A DNA stretch of 64,000 nt, from positions 4,640,001 to 4,704,000 of the forward strand of contig OZ244744.1 of the NCBI GenBank assembly GCA_965219455.1, read 5' to 3'. Below the pieces are notes generated by a model. The model worked only from the letters and a program-made list of their open reading frames with translations, did no database searches and was not told where the DNA came from. The DNA is from Candidatus Latescibacterota bacterium. Lineage in GTDB: Bacteria > Latescibacterota > UBA2968 > GCA-2709665. The number at the start of each line of letters is the position of its first letter. Within the stretch, counting starts at the first letter, position 1. This document shows positions 10,694 through 23,238 of this stretch, in pieces. Position numbers and translations under genes: made by a program.

Positions 10694-11524
10694 ATGAGGC
10701 GCCGAATGGATCGGATTGCGGCACATTACGGTAAAAAGAGTGAGAGCCAGCGTCTCCTGGGCGGCAGAGGCGAACTGGAATTCGTCCGTACAAAGCAGAT
10801 TATAGAGCAGTATGTGCCGGACAAATCCGGACTGTCGATCGCGGACGTCGGCGGAGGTACCGGTCCCTACGCGTTCTGGCTTGCGGGGAAGGGACATCGG
10901 GTTTCACTGTTTGATCTGGCGCCTGAACACATCGATGAGGCTGTGTCGATCAACAAAACCGCGCGAAGGCCGCTTACCCGGATCGAGGTCGCCGATGTCA
11001 GGTCAATTGAACCTGGATCGGGACAATATGACGTCGTGCTGCTCCTGGGACCCATGTACCATCTCACCAGCGCAAAGGAACGCATGCAGATCCTGCGGAA
11101 AGCCGCCGACTGGCTGACACCCGACGGCGTTGGGCTTGTGGCCTATATCTCACGGTTTGCATCGATGTTGGACGGTTTCACGCAGCGCCTTTACGAAGAT
11201 CCGGAATTCCTGGATATTGTGAGGCAGGACCTGGAAACGGGCGTCCACCGCCCCAGCCGGGACAATACGAGGTATTTTACCGATGCGTATTTCCACCATC
11301 CGGATGAGATCGAGCGGGAGGCCAGGAAGGCGAATCTACAGGTCGTGGACCTCGTCGCCGTAGAGGGAATTGCGTGGATGTGGCAGAATTTCGACGAGAT
11401 GTGGGCGGACCCGCGAGAACGCGCCATCATGCTCGAGATGATCGACCGATCGGACCGGGACCGTTCTCTCATGGGCGTAAGCAGCCACATTCTTTTGGTT
11501 TTCAAAAAGCGCGGCGTTGCATAA
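10694..11524 (+). CDS. Class I SAM-dependent methyltransferase
   Basis: DVGGGTGPY; LLLGPMYHL. Confidence 0.9.
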   Translation: MRRRMDRIAAHYGKKSESQRLLGGRGELEFVRTKQIIEQYVPDKSGLSIADVGGGTGPYAFWLAGKGHRVSLFDLAPEHIDEAVSINKTARRPLTRIEVADVRSIEPGSGQYDVVLLLGPMYHLTSAKERMQILRKAADWLTPDGVGLVAYISRFASMLDGFTQRLYEDPEFLDIVRQDLETGVHRPSRDNTRYFTDAYFHHPDEIEREARKANLQVVDLVAVEGIAWMWQNFDEMWADPRERAIMLEMIDRSDRDRSLMGVSSHILLVFKKRGVA

Positions 11525-11826
11525 CAACACGATTCTTGCCTCACCGCTTACGACCCTTCGTCCTGGTGGGCAACCTCGCGACGCCTTCGACGAACTCAGG
11601 GCAGAAGCTCAGAGGCCTCGCGCCCAAGCAACTGATCGGGTACGGCTTTACATGCCACAGCTTTGGAGCGGGGCTCAATGACGTTCGTTGAGCTTGTCGA
11701 AACGCCGACATTGAGCCTGTTAAAACGTGGCCGTCGCCGGCCCTTCGACCCTTCGACAAGCTCAGGGACCAAAAGCGCAGGGAGCCGGCTCGGCTTCTGC
11801 GACTCCGCCTCAAGGGGGGAGTGATT
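11519..11826. repeat. attC remnant (GCATAAC) expanded by clustered CTTCGAC..GCTCAG REP-like units
   Basis: CCTTCGACGAACTCAGGG, reversed TTGAGCTTGTCGAA, nested CCCTTCGACCCTTCGACAAGCTCAGGG, and an ACTCCGCCTCAAGGGGGGAGT hairpin. Confidence 0.7.
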
Positions 11827-11907
11827 GGGCCGCCAAGCGGGCTTGCGTGTTGACTTCCACCTGTTTGTTTGCGGCTGAGAAAACGAAGCCGCGACTGGTA
11901 CAACTCG

Positions 11908-12729
11908 ATGCAGGAATTACCTCAGGGAAGGAAGAGCCGGATCGAGGTTCTTCCAGGCGGTAGCAAGATAAAAAAAACATACAACGAAAACGGAGCGCCA
12001 GCGCAGAAGTACCGCCGGGAGGTTGGATTCTACATTCACTATGGCGAGTCCGACTTGATTCCGAGACTGATCCGGTCCGAAATGGATAAGAATATCACCA
12101 TCGAAAGGATTTCAGGCCAGAGACTTGCAGATCGGTTGCCGCTCCCGCGCGAGATGTTGATTTCCCTTGCAGACGACTACACTCAGAGTTTGGTGGAGCT
12201 CTTTGCAGTCTCAACCGGCATCGATAGCAAGGCCAGGGAAGAGTACTATGGCGGGCTGGGCGCGGAGGATAACCTCGCATTGCTGCTTGCAGGGCTCGAT
12301 CGCCTGGGCGATCAGTACGATAGGCACCCTATCATTGTCGACCTTCGCAGTTCAGTTGGTCAGATAGAGCTTGATGAGGAGCTCTTGATAAAGCTCGATT
12401 GGAATCTTGGGAACGTCTTCTTTCGTCACGGCAGGATCCACAAATTCATCGACTTCGAGCAGGCGTTTGTCGGCACGAAGGCAATTCTGGCCGGCATCCT
12501 GCTCCACAACCCGATATGGCCGGCTGTTCGGATCTTTCGTGGATTGAAGGATGGCGGATTTATCAAATCTGGTGTCAGAGATTTCCGGAAATATATCTCC
12601 TACGGTTTCGCGGCAGTCCTCGTGGACTCGATCGATAGGCGAGGGGGCATCTGGGCTCCGGAACGACTCGAGTCTGCCTTCGAAAGACACGTGACAGCCC
12701 GCTACAGCGAGATCGCAGAAGCAATGTAA
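11908..12729 (+). CDS. APH/kinase-like phosphotransferase
   Basis: LDWNLGNVFF and FIDFE motifs; start moved to internal ATG. Confidence 0.6.
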   Translation: MQELPQGRKSRIEVLPGGSKIKKTYNENGAPAQKYRREVGFYIHYGESDLIPRLIRSEMDKNITIERISGQRLADRLPLPREMLISLADDYTQSLVELFAVSTGIDSKAREEYYGGLGAEDNLALLLAGLDRLGDQYDRHPIIVDLRSSVGQIELDEELLIKLDWNLGNVFFRHGRIHKFIDFEQAFVGTKAILAGILLHNPIWPAVRIFRGLKDGGFIKSGVRDFRKYISYGFAAVLVDSIDRRGGIWAPERLESAFERHVTARYSEIAEAM

Positions 12730-12774
12730 AAGCGAGCGAACAGGCCGTCTGCGCTGATCAATGGAGTCCACTGA

Positions 12775-13251
12775 ATGCGATCGTACACGCATACGCCGGA
12801 CGGGTACAGATGTCCATTCTGCCTGGTTGTGAAGGGAATCGAGAACGAAGTCGTTGCTACAAAGCAGCAGGACATCGTGTTTCGTGATGGTAACGTAACG
12901 GCGTTCATCTCTTCCTCCTGGTGGCCTGAGAATCCCGGTCATGTTCTCGTTATTCCCAATGAACACATTGAGAATATCTACACGATGCCAACCCGCTTGC
13001 TGGCCAGAATCCAGGAACTCGCCAGAGAGGTTTCTATCGGATTCAAAGAAATCTACGAATGCGACGGGGTCTCATCGCGCCAGCACAATGAACCTGCCGG
13101 GAACCAGGATGTTTGGCACTATCACCTGCACGTCTTCCCTCGATGGAAAAACGACCGGCTATATCACGAACATCGCAACTCCACGACTCCAGAAGCGCGA
13201 AGACCCTATGCTGAAAGCCTGCGAGCGTGGCTGAGTACGAGACTGGGTTAG
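12775..13251 (+). CDS. HIT family hydrolase
   Basis: CPFC; GHVLVIP; HYHLHV histidine triad. Confidence 0.92.
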   Translation: MRSYTHTPDGYRCPFCLVVKGIENEVVATKQQDIVFRDGNVTAFISSSWWPENPGHVLVIPNEHIENIYTMPTRLLARIQELAREVSIGFKEIYECDGVSSRQHNEPAGNQDVWHYHLHVFPRWKNDRLYHEHRNSTTPEARRPYAESLRAWLSTRLG

Positions 13252-13300
13252 AACACACCGCAGAAGGATAGTCTGAATAAACGGATTGCCAACAGGTAAG

Positions 13301-13553
13301 GACCCCTCCCCCCGGCCCCCTCTCCTGCGAGGAGAGGGGGAGACGAACGAAGTGGTGAGTAAACAATGTTTTATTCAAGTTCTGATTGATTGTTAAACGC
13401 GATCTCGTCACGTTCTCAAGCGCAACATGGTGACCAATCAAGATATCTAGCGGGGATTTCTTCATCAATCGAAACGTCTTCAGCCGATTTAGCCGTTCAT
13501 CAACTGATCTGTGTTCCCCCCTTTCTCTCAGGAAGGGGGATAGGGGGTAGGTC
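13301..13553. repeat. Inverted pair of C/G-rich REP-like palindromes (REPIN-like)
   Basis: GACCCCTCCCCCCGGCCCCCTCTCCTGCGAGGAGAGGGGGA and its inverted relative at 13515-13553. Confidence 0.7.
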
Positions 13554-13658
13554 TGGTCTGTTTCAAAATAACGAAATCGAGAGTGTTCCGTACATTAAGC
13601 CACGGACATCGTTTCATTTGGTCAGCCAGACGTAACAGAAGAAAGGACTGGATAAACC

Positions 13659-14975
13659 ATGAACCGGATCCAATTGAGATTCACACTGATGTTGCTCGCT
13701 ACGTTGGTCCCCGTCTCTTCGGTTTCGGCGGACGATTGGCCGCAGTGGCGAGGACCGGCCCGGGACGGTGTCTGGCGTGAAACCGGGATAATCAAAGCAT
13801 TCGACGGGACGGAGATCCCGATCCGCTGGCGAGTGCCAATCGGCAGCGGCTATAGCGGCCCCAGCGTCGCAGACGGGCGCGTTTACGTTACGGACCGTCT
13901 TGCGAAACCGAAACAGGTGGAACGGGTTCACTGTTTTGCTTGGGAAACGGGAGAACTGATCTGGTCCTACACGTACGATTGCGAGTACAGGATTGAATAT
14001 GTTGCAGGTCCCCGCGCGACAGTTACCGTTCACAATGGCCTCGCTTACGCCCTTGGGGCGATGGGGCATCTCCACTGCTTTGACGCGGCGACGGGCGAAT
14101 TGAAGTGGAAGCGAGACTTAAACACCGAGTACAATATTGCGATGCCAACGTGGGGAATTGCAAGCGCGCCGATCGTTGAAGGATCAAACCTGATTATCCA
14201 GATCGGAGGTACGCCCGGAGCATGTATCGTCGCTTTCGACCGCGAAACCGGAGCTGAAAGATGGAAGGCTCTTGACGACAAGGCATCTTACTCCGCGCCG
14301 ATTTTAATCACACAGGGCAACGCGCGCGTCCTGGTCTGTCGGACAGCCGAGAGTATCGTCGGTCTCAACCCGAAGACGGGCGGCGTGTATTGGCGCCATC
14401 CTTTTCCGCCGCATCGCATGGAGATCGGAATCGCATCTCCTGTTTATTATCGCAACGAGTTGTTTTTCACTGATTTCTCTGATGGATCGTTGTTGCTGAG
14501 ATTGAATCCGGATAAGCTGACAATGCAATTCGGTTGGCACCGTAAGGGTAAAGACGAGCGGAACACGGAGGCCCTCCATTCCACGATGTCAACGCCGATC
14601 CGACTTGGCGATTTCATCTACGGTGTGGATAGCTACGGGGAACTCCGCTGTCTCGATGCCCGAAACGGCGATCGGATCTGGGAAGACCTCACCGCGGTAC
14701 CCAAAGCCCGCTGGAGCAACATCCATTTTATCAGGAACGGCGATAGGGTCTGGATGTTCAATGAGCGCGGCGAACTTCTGATTACCACCCTCTCGCCGGA
14801 CGGGCTGAATGTCATCAGTCGCGCAAAACTGATCGAACCGACGCGCGACCAGTTGAATCGTCGAGGCGGCGTCACGTGGGCGCATCCTGCGTTTGCTTAC
14901 AAACATGTGTTTGCTCGAAATGATGAAGAACTGGTCTGTGCCAGTCTGGCGAAAAGCGAAAACGGGAATGATTAG
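13659..14975 (+). CDS. Secreted PQQ-like/BamB-type beta-propeller protein
   Basis: Signal peptide, DWPQWRGP, repeated CFDAATGELKW, WAHPA. Confidence 0.88.
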   Translation: MNRIQLRFTLMLLATLVPVSSVSADDWPQWRGPARDGVWRETGIIKAFDGTEIPIRWRVPIGSGYSGPSVADGRVYVTDRLAKPKQVERVHCFAWETGELIWSYTYDCEYRIEYVAGPRATVTVHNGLAYALGAMGHLHCFDAATGELKWKRDLNTEYNIAMPTWGIASAPIVEGSNLIIQIGGTPGACIVAFDRETGAERWKALDDKASYSAPILITQGNARVLVCRTAESIVGLNPKTGGVYWRHPFPPHRMEIGIASPVYYRNELFFTDFSDGSLLLRLNPDKLTMQFGWHRKGKDERNTEALHSTMSTPIRLGDFIYGVDSYGELRCLDARNGDRIWEDLTAVPKARWSNIHFIRNGDRVWMFNERGELLITTLSPDGLNVISRAKLIEPTRDQLNRRGGVTWAHPAFAYKHVFARNDEELVCASLAKSENGND

Positions 14976-15003
14976 GAGTCTTATGGAAGCTGACGGGGCT
15001 TGA

Positions 15004-15984
15004 GTGGATAAGCGATCGCTGCAGACCTTATCAAAAGACGAAAGAACAACAGTATTGCACGAGCTTGCCGAAGCCAGTCTTGCTGACTTCGATTTGACGG
15101 GAGGCTCGCTCATGTTGCTGCAGGACCTTGTGAATAGCTCATTCAGGGTTCAACACGACAGTCGGCAGTGGTACCTTCGCATTTACAATCCCCACAGGCA
15201 TAATGCCTCGGTTATCGAGTCGGAACTCCTGTTCCTGGGAGCGCTCACCAAAGTTGGCTTTCCAGCGCCTCGGCCGTTGCGTACGTGCAGTGACGGGATG
15301 CTTTGGGTGGCGTCACAGAGCCCGGTTGTAGAACCAATTCGAATATCAATATGCTCCTGGCTTCCGGGTGAAATATCGCGGCATGGCAAGACACCGCGGC
15401 ACTATGCCAGGCTGGGAACTGTGTTAGCGCGACTCCACGAGTTCTCCGCCAAATGGAATCCACCCGAAGGGTTTGAGCGACCCCGTTGCGATTGTGAAGG
15501 TATATACGGCAATCGCGGTGCTTCAGCACCGGAAGTTATGCGAGGCTGGGATAACATCGACCGTCCTCTTCGCTCGGATCTCGAATATGCAAAGAGAGCA
15601 CTTGAACAGGCGGAAAACGCTATTGGAACTGAATGCGTTCGGTACGGTTTGATCCACGCTGATCCGAGTTTCGGCAACGTCCTGTTTGATGGGGAAATAC
15701 CGTACCTGATCGATTTCGATGATATCGGGTACGGCCACTATGTATTCGATCTCGCGGTTGTCCTTGCTGGCGCATGGGGCAAGCCTGATTTCGAAGCGAA
15801 TCGCGCGGCTTTGTTGAAAGGATACGGGCAAATACGAGAATTGTCATCGGCAGAAATTGAGGCATTGCCAGCTGCCATGGCAGCAAGGGCGGCATCGCTG
15901 ATTTTCTGGCCCGCAGCTCAGGCATCGCAGCATCCATGGATTGAAGGACAATGGCAGCGCCTCAAGGAATACACGGAATCGTGA
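15004..15984 (+). CDS. Phosphotransferase (APH / homoserine kinase type II-like)
   Basis: LIHADPSFGNVL; IDFDD. Confidence 0.85.
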   Translation: MDKRSLQTLSKDERTTVLHELAEASLADFDLTGGSLMLLQDLVNSSFRVQHDSRQWYLRIYNPHRHNASVIESELLFLGALTKVGFPAPRPLRTCSDGMLWVASQSPVVEPIRISICSWLPGEISRHGKTPRHYARLGTVLARLHEFSAKWNPPEGFERPRCDCEGIYGNRGASAPEVMRGWDNIDRPLRSDLEYAKRALEQAENAIGTECVRYGLIHADPSFGNVLFDGEIPYLIDFDDIGYGHYVFDLAVVLAGAWGKPDFEANRAALLKGYGQIRELSSAEIEALPAAMAARAASLIFWPAAQASQHPWIEGQWQRLKEYTES

Positions 15985-16008
15985 TCGAAGTAAGGCATTA
16001 AATATCAA

Positions 16009-16126
16009 TCATAACACAGCGGTGTTGCGCTGCGGCGCAGAGTTTATCCTGAGCTTCTCGACGGGGTGGCTTGGCCTTCGGAAACCCTCGCCAAGCCTGG
16101 GCTTCGCAAACCGTGAGACGTTATCA
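16009..16126 (+). repeat. attC-like site carrying a REP-like insert
   Basis: TCATAAC...GTTATCA; arms CGGT(G)TTGCG / CGCAAACCG with one extrahelical base; contains CAGAGTTTATCCTGAGCTTCTCGACGGG. Confidence 0.75.
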
Positions 16127-16290
16127 ATGTGCCAGAAGACATTGTCCAAATGCCCGATTGATGGTTCTTCCGAACCGCCTCCACGTCAGGAAATTTCCAG
16201 GCTGCAACTTCACTTCGTTCCGCCCAAATTGAGAGAGCGTTGCGCGTGGCAGCGCGATTCACACTGCGCAGCCAGGACTTCGAGTTTTAA

Positions 16291-16848
16291 ATGAGTGATT
16301 CCGTGCCATATACAGTCGCTGTAATTGCAGATATCCACGGCAACGCCGTTCTCGAGGATCTGAAGCGTCGACCCTATGACTGTCTGGTTGTCGCCGGCGA
16401 CCTGGTGCTGAACGGACCCCGCCCGGGCGAGAGCCTGGACACGATACGAAATCTGGGGGCACCCACGATTTACGGGAATGCAGACCTGTTCGTCTTTGAT
16501 GAAGAATATTCCTTCGACGGCGTGGACTGGGTGAGAGAGAGGCTTGGATCAGATGGTTTGAACTATCTGAAGCGTCTGCCGTTTGAGCACAGGATAACCC
16601 CGCCGGGAGGCACGTCTCCGGAAGATGATCTTCTCATCGTTCACGCAACGCCTGTTGACGTGACCGGTGTGCTGGTTCTCCAGCCTGATCCATTCGGGCT
16701 TCTGACGGTTACGCCGGAGGAGGAGGCCAGGGTACTGCTCGGGGATGCGGAGGCCAATCTGATTGTGGCGGGGCACCTCCACTACGCGCCCTTTGGCGAG
16801 TCGTCGGCCCAAAGGATCCTTCAAGCCAGATTCAGACCAACCATGTAG
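16291..16848 (+). pseudogene. Truncated metallophosphoesterase
   Basis: DIHGN then AVLEDL, about 5 aa shorter than the paralogue at 62108; C-terminus lost after GHLH. Confidence 0.65.
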
Positions 16849-16880
16849 AGTCGGAATCCCGAAAATACACGCTTGAAATG

Positions 16881-16905
16881 GTGGAGCGGACATTCTTGTC
16901 TGCTC
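16881..16905 (+). repeat. GTRG-type REP palindrome
   Basis: GTGGAGCGGACATTCTTGTCTGCTC. Confidence 0.55.
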
Positions 16906-17246
16906 ACGTACATCAACACTTTCACACGCGCATCCTAAACGTCACGACGAGCCAATGTGCGGGTGTGAAGATGATTGATTTTCGACTAAAGCAGCGTGAC
17001 TGGCTCGGACGAAGACCTCTGGACTGGCCGCCTGAGTCGCGGCCGCTTTCGAGTATGTGGCTTAGGTACTCGGGTAGGAAACTAAACTGTGCGAAATGAC
17101 AATGCGTGTTATTAATATATCAGGTTAGAAAAATCCGGGTCCGAGTTTAACGCAGTATATTTGGGAGGAGCGGAGATCCTGAAACAACAGAGCGAGCGTA
17201 AGTTGGCAAAAACGGAAGTGGACGGCCAGGTTCGGATCACGACGAT

Positions 17247-18281
17247 ATGAATAACTCTGCGGCAATCGAAGCCATCTTGATCAAGCCTCACCTCGACCGA
17301 TTCTGCGAGGAATTCGGACTGTCGTCTGGAGAGCTTGAACCCGATTTTACCGGTTGGTCAAAGCATATTATCAAGTCTCCGGAACTCGTCTTTCTGTTTC
17401 CACGCCATCCCAGGTATCAGAATCAACTGAATACCGAGCTAAAACTGTATAAGCAGTTGAATGCCGTGGACGGGTTGCCGGTACCCCGATTCGTCAGGTC
17501 AGTCAATAGTTGCCAATGGAGCACGTACCCGTTCGGAGTTGTCACGCGCCTTCATGGGATGTTGCTTGGAACGATCGAACGATCCTTGCGTTCGATAGAT
17601 TATGAGCAGGTCCTCCGTACGGTTGGACGGCTTGCAGGAATCTGGCATAACCTTCAATTGGGCCCGGAAACAGGCTTCCTGAAACCGTTGACACAGGATC
17701 TCAAAGGCGATCATGCCGACTCGTATCGATGGATGTACGGGGCGCTCCAATCGAGGGCTCCGGAGGAAGTGCCGAGGCTATTCGAATCACTATTTCGGGG
17801 TCACGCTTCCAGCAATCTGAAGGACGAATTCAAAGCGTTGACTTCTGCAAACAATGTCGCCAGGTGGCAACAGTCGATTGCAGAGCTTGCCGGCATGGAC
17901 AATGTGCTTCTTCATGGCGATATCCACGAAGACCAGGTCCTGGTCCGGTCGGATCGTGACCTGGAAGTGACAGGGATCCTGGATTGGGGAAACGCAGGCG
18001 TCGGAAATCCCGCCCTCGAGTTCAACTTTGGCGAATGGGGAGGAGAGATCTGGCGTTACCGGGACGAATTTTCAGTATTTCGACAGGCTCTTTGGGGTGA
18101 GTACCTGGACGCAAGGGGACTTCACGGGCCGTCGTGGGAGTCGGTTCATCTCCTCTACAGCCTGCAGGAACTCATTTGGACAATGACTGCGCGAAAGTCC
18201 ATCGGGCACGGAGGAGGATCATATGAATCCGAAGTGGAACGTCTGCTTCGGACATTGAAGGAGACGACGGAAGCGCTATGA
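17247..18281 (+). CDS. APH family phosphotransferase
   Basis: LLHGDIHEDQV; GILDWG. Confidence 0.85.
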   Translation: MNNSAAIEAILIKPHLDRFCEEFGLSSGELEPDFTGWSKHIIKSPELVFLFPRHPRYQNQLNTELKLYKQLNAVDGLPVPRFVRSVNSCQWSTYPFGVVTRLHGMLLGTIERSLRSIDYEQVLRTVGRLAGIWHNLQLGPETGFLKPLTQDLKGDHADSYRWMYGALQSRAPEEVPRLFESLFRGHASSNLKDEFKALTSANNVARWQQSIAELAGMDNVLLHGDIHEDQVLVRSDRDLEVTGILDWGNAGVGNPALEFNFGEWGGEIWRYRDEFSVFRQALWGEYLDARGLHGPSWESVHLLYSLQELIWTMTARKSIGHGGGSYESEVERLLRTLKETTEAL

Positions 18282-18363
18282 GATCGGTGCTTGCAAACCG
18301 TGAAACTTATGGCGCAATGCCACATTCTCGATGAACCAGGATAAGGCTAACAGTCCGTTGATA

Positions 18364-20311
<1,948 letters not shown>

Positions 20312-20547
20312 AAGTCGCTCTGCAGGCGAGGTCGGGTCATTGTGGCCGAAGACAAGGCGCACGACCGCGTCGAATCGGGGGATTCGGGAAGGGAGTGCAA
20401 CGCAGTAATTCGGCCACAAGGGCCGGACGCAGCCCGGATGGACTTTTTCAACGGGCTGCTAAGGGTGCAGGCTAAGCTGAGGAAGGTTTCTGCACATCAG
20501 TTTACACGATCATTCACGCTTCGGCAATTTCCGTACATTCGCGGAAA

Positions 20548-21057
20548 GTGAGAAATGCAGTGGACGGGACGGTTATAAGGGAGTTGTCAGAATTCGACCC
20601 GGAGTGGCGGCACAAATACGATGTTGAAAAAAGAGGGCTTCTCGCAGTCTTCGGGGATGCAGCCCTCGAGATCGAGTATATCGGCAGCACATCCATCGAC
20701 GGTCTGGCCTCAAATCCGATCATCGACATTGCCGTTATGATAGAGCGCCACAATGACGCCGATAGCTTCACACAAGCCCTGGCTGCTGCGGGTTACACGT
20801 TCCATTCATTCAGTACCGAGCGGCATTTCTATGTGAAGGGGCGCCCGCGCGAGGTGCACCTGTCTGTTGCGTACGCCGACCAGGGTGGTTTCTGGCCAAG
20901 GCAGATCTTGTTCCGCGACTATCTGCGCATGCATCCGGCAGTGTGTAAAGAATACGCACAACTCAAGGCAGAACTGCTGAGGAGGGATCCGTCAGGTGAA
21001 TCGTACTCAGAGGGGAAGACAGGCTTCGTGTATCGAATCCTTGAGTTAGCCGGTTGA
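20548..21057 (+). CDS. GrpB/UPF0157 nucleotidyltransferase-fold protein
   Basis: IGSTSIDGLASNPIIDI; FRDYLR; YSEGK. Confidence 0.88.
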   Translation: MRNAVDGTVIRELSEFDPEWRHKYDVEKRGLLAVFGDAALEIEYIGSTSIDGLASNPIIDIAVMIERHNDADSFTQALAAAGYTFHSFSTERHFYVKGRPREVHLSVAYADQGGFWPRQILFRDYLRMHPAVCKEYAQLKAELLRRDPSGESYSEGKTGFVYRILELAG

Positions 21058-21062
21058 TCAGG

Positions 21063-21866
21063 ATGGCCACAGAAATCTCCGCGAGGCCGCGCCAATACTG
21101 GGATAATCACGCGTCCCGGTTCAAGAACAAAAGCCTGGCCGACGCCTACGGACTTCGACCTCCATATCCGGAAGAGACGTACGACATTCTCAGGGACTTA
21201 CTTGGTGAGTCTTCGGGCAGGGTATTGGATGCTGGATGCGGTCCTGGGAAGATCGCGCGGCTGCTTGTGGATTACACGGAAGGCGTGGACGCAATCGACT
21301 TTTCACAGGAAATGATCCGTGTGGGAAAGTCGCTGCGGAACGGTGACCATCCACGCCTCAGATGGATCCACGGACGCGTCGAAGACGTAGAATGGAACCC
21401 GCCGTACTCCCTGGTGACAGCGGGCGCAAGTATTCACTGGATGGAGTGGAGTGTGGTCTTTCCACGATTCAGGAATGCGATGTCGGATGGTGGGCGCGTC
21501 GTCATTATCGACGGAGACCGTCCATTGGAGTCGCCCTGGCGTGAAGCAGAGCTTCAGCTGATCCGCAAGTATTCGACCAACCGGCACTACGAGGACATCG
21601 ATTTGATTCAGGAACTCCGGAACCGTGACCACTTCCTGCCGCTGGGCGATAAGCTGACCAGCCCCGTTCGTTTTTCACAATCGATTCGGGACTACGTCGG
21701 ATCGTTTCATTCGCGGGAGAGTATGTCAGTCGAACACATGGGAGCGGATAACGCAACGGCTTTTGACGCCAGGTTGTCGAGCATCCTCCTCGAGTATGCT
21801 GACGAAGCGGGGATTCTCAGCTTCGATCTGCAAACACGGGTAGCCTGGGGACGGCCGCGCGCCTGA
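21063..21866 (+). CDS. Class I SAM-dependent methyltransferase
   Basis: RPPYP; VLDAGCGPG; SIHWM. Confidence 0.88.
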   Translation: MATEISARPRQYWDNHASRFKNKSLADAYGLRPPYPEETYDILRDLLGESSGRVLDAGCGPGKIARLLVDYTEGVDAIDFSQEMIRVGKSLRNGDHPRLRWIHGRVEDVEWNPPYSLVTAGASIHWMEWSVVFPRFRNAMSDGGRVVIIDGDRPLESPWREAELQLIRKYSTNRHYEDIDLIQELRNRDHFLPLGDKLTSPVRFSQSIRDYVGSFHSRESMSVEHMGADNATAFDARLSSILLEYADEAGILSFDLQTRVAWGRPRA

Positions 21867-21869
21867 AAA

Positions 21870-22000
21870 GTGACCCGCGACGCCTAAAGTGTTGCGGAGA
21901 CTGGCAGCTTCGGCTAACACGTCCGTGCGCGGGTCGGTGCATACGCACCCTCGCCCAATTGCTTCCGGCAGTTCGCAACGGCGGGGCCGCCAGCGGTCAC
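21870..22000. repeat. Imperfect long inverted repeat, probable eroded attC
   Basis: GTGACC..GTTGCG / CGCAAC..GGTCAC arms directly after a stop codon. Confidence 0.45.
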
Positions 22001-22057
22001 CGTGTGTTTTGTGTATAGATAGAGCCAAATCAAATGGAACCATGAGGGGATTCAGGG

Positions 22058-23119
22058 ATGGAGCTATCCGATCCAGTTACAAATGTGAAGCAAATCCCGC
22101 CTGCAGCGTTGACCGAAAGACTGGTTCGGAACGGTTTCATACGATCCGGACGGGTTATATCGGTCGAAAAGACGGATTCCTTTGAAACTTCCGCGGCCAA
22201 GTGGGATCGGCTCACCGTTGAATTCAGTGATGATTACGATGGCGATGTATCGGACGCAATAGTCCTGAAGGTTTTCAGAAAAGGATGGTTCGGGGGTGGC
22301 GTGCTCGAGTGGGCTTTTTACAACGAACTTGCGCCAAGTACACCCGGGGCGCATGTCTGCCCCGTTTATGATGGCGGAATCGACCATGAAAATAAGATTT
22401 GCCACCTTATTATGGCCGACCTTTCCAGGACACACACCGAACCGCCAATGAACGCGAAGGATCGCCCCCACGAGCAGGTCGTCGCGGAATTGCTCAAATA
22501 CCACGTTCGGTGGTGGAACCGTCCGCGGCTGGAAACATGGCCCTTTTACGTTCGCCATGGCGGTCCGCTAAGGATGGCGCAGGCCATCGCCGAAAAGGAC
22601 GTTCATGCGAGTTGCCGCGCGTTCGAACCTGCGCTTGAGGATTTCGTGAAAGAGGCAGGCGACGAACTGCAGCCCGCCTGGATCGAGACAACCGAACGGG
22701 CGATTGCAAGGTACCCTAAGGTATTTCTCGCACGCGTCTCAGATGGGCGGAATATCACTTTATTGCACGGCGATGCCCATATGTGGAATCTCTACTACCC
22801 GAAGAATAAGGCGTCTGACAAGCTGATCCTTTTTGACTGGGAGACGTATAAACGCGGCATCGGCGCCTATGATCTCGCATATCTGCTGGTTCATGGTACG
22901 AGTGGGCGGCGCCAATTTGAGAGCGGCCTGATGAACCAGTATTACAATGGACTGATTGCTGGTGGAATCAGCAACTATTCCCGTGACGAATTCGAATACG
23001 ATTTCCGTCTTTCGATCATTTCGTGCATCTTTTGTCCGCTGATCTGGAAGCGAGTGATTTCGATGAAATTCGCAATCGAAGCCTACGTGGATTGGGGTTG
23101 CGAGGAACTCTTGAGATAG
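22058..23119 (+). CDS. Phosphotransferase (EcKinase/APH-like)
   Basis: TLLHGDAHMWN; LFDWE; YDLAY. Confidence 0.85.
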   Translation: MELSDPVTNVKQIPPAALTERLVRNGFIRSGRVISVEKTDSFETSAAKWDRLTVEFSDDYDGDVSDAIVLKVFRKGWFGGGVLEWAFYNELAPSTPGAHVCPVYDGGIDHENKICHLIMADLSRTHTEPPMNAKDRPHEQVVAELLKYHVRWWNRPRLETWPFYVRHGGPLRMAQAIAEKDVHASCRAFEPALEDFVKEAGDELQPAWIETTERAIARYPKVFLARVSDGRNITLLHGDAHMWNLYYPKNKASDKLILFDWETYKRGIGAYDLAYLLVHGTSGRRQFESGLMNQYYNGLIAGGISNYSRDEFEYDFRLSIISCIFCPLIWKRVISMKFAIEAYVDWGCEELLR

Positions 23120-23238
23120 CCCGGGTATTCAATTGTCTGTCAATGGCCGACGCGCCCATCTTATCCTGTCGCCGAGTAAATTTGCGTCAGACTCGACCTG
23201 CCGCGATCCGGTTCAAATGACAGCTGGAGGAAGGAATA

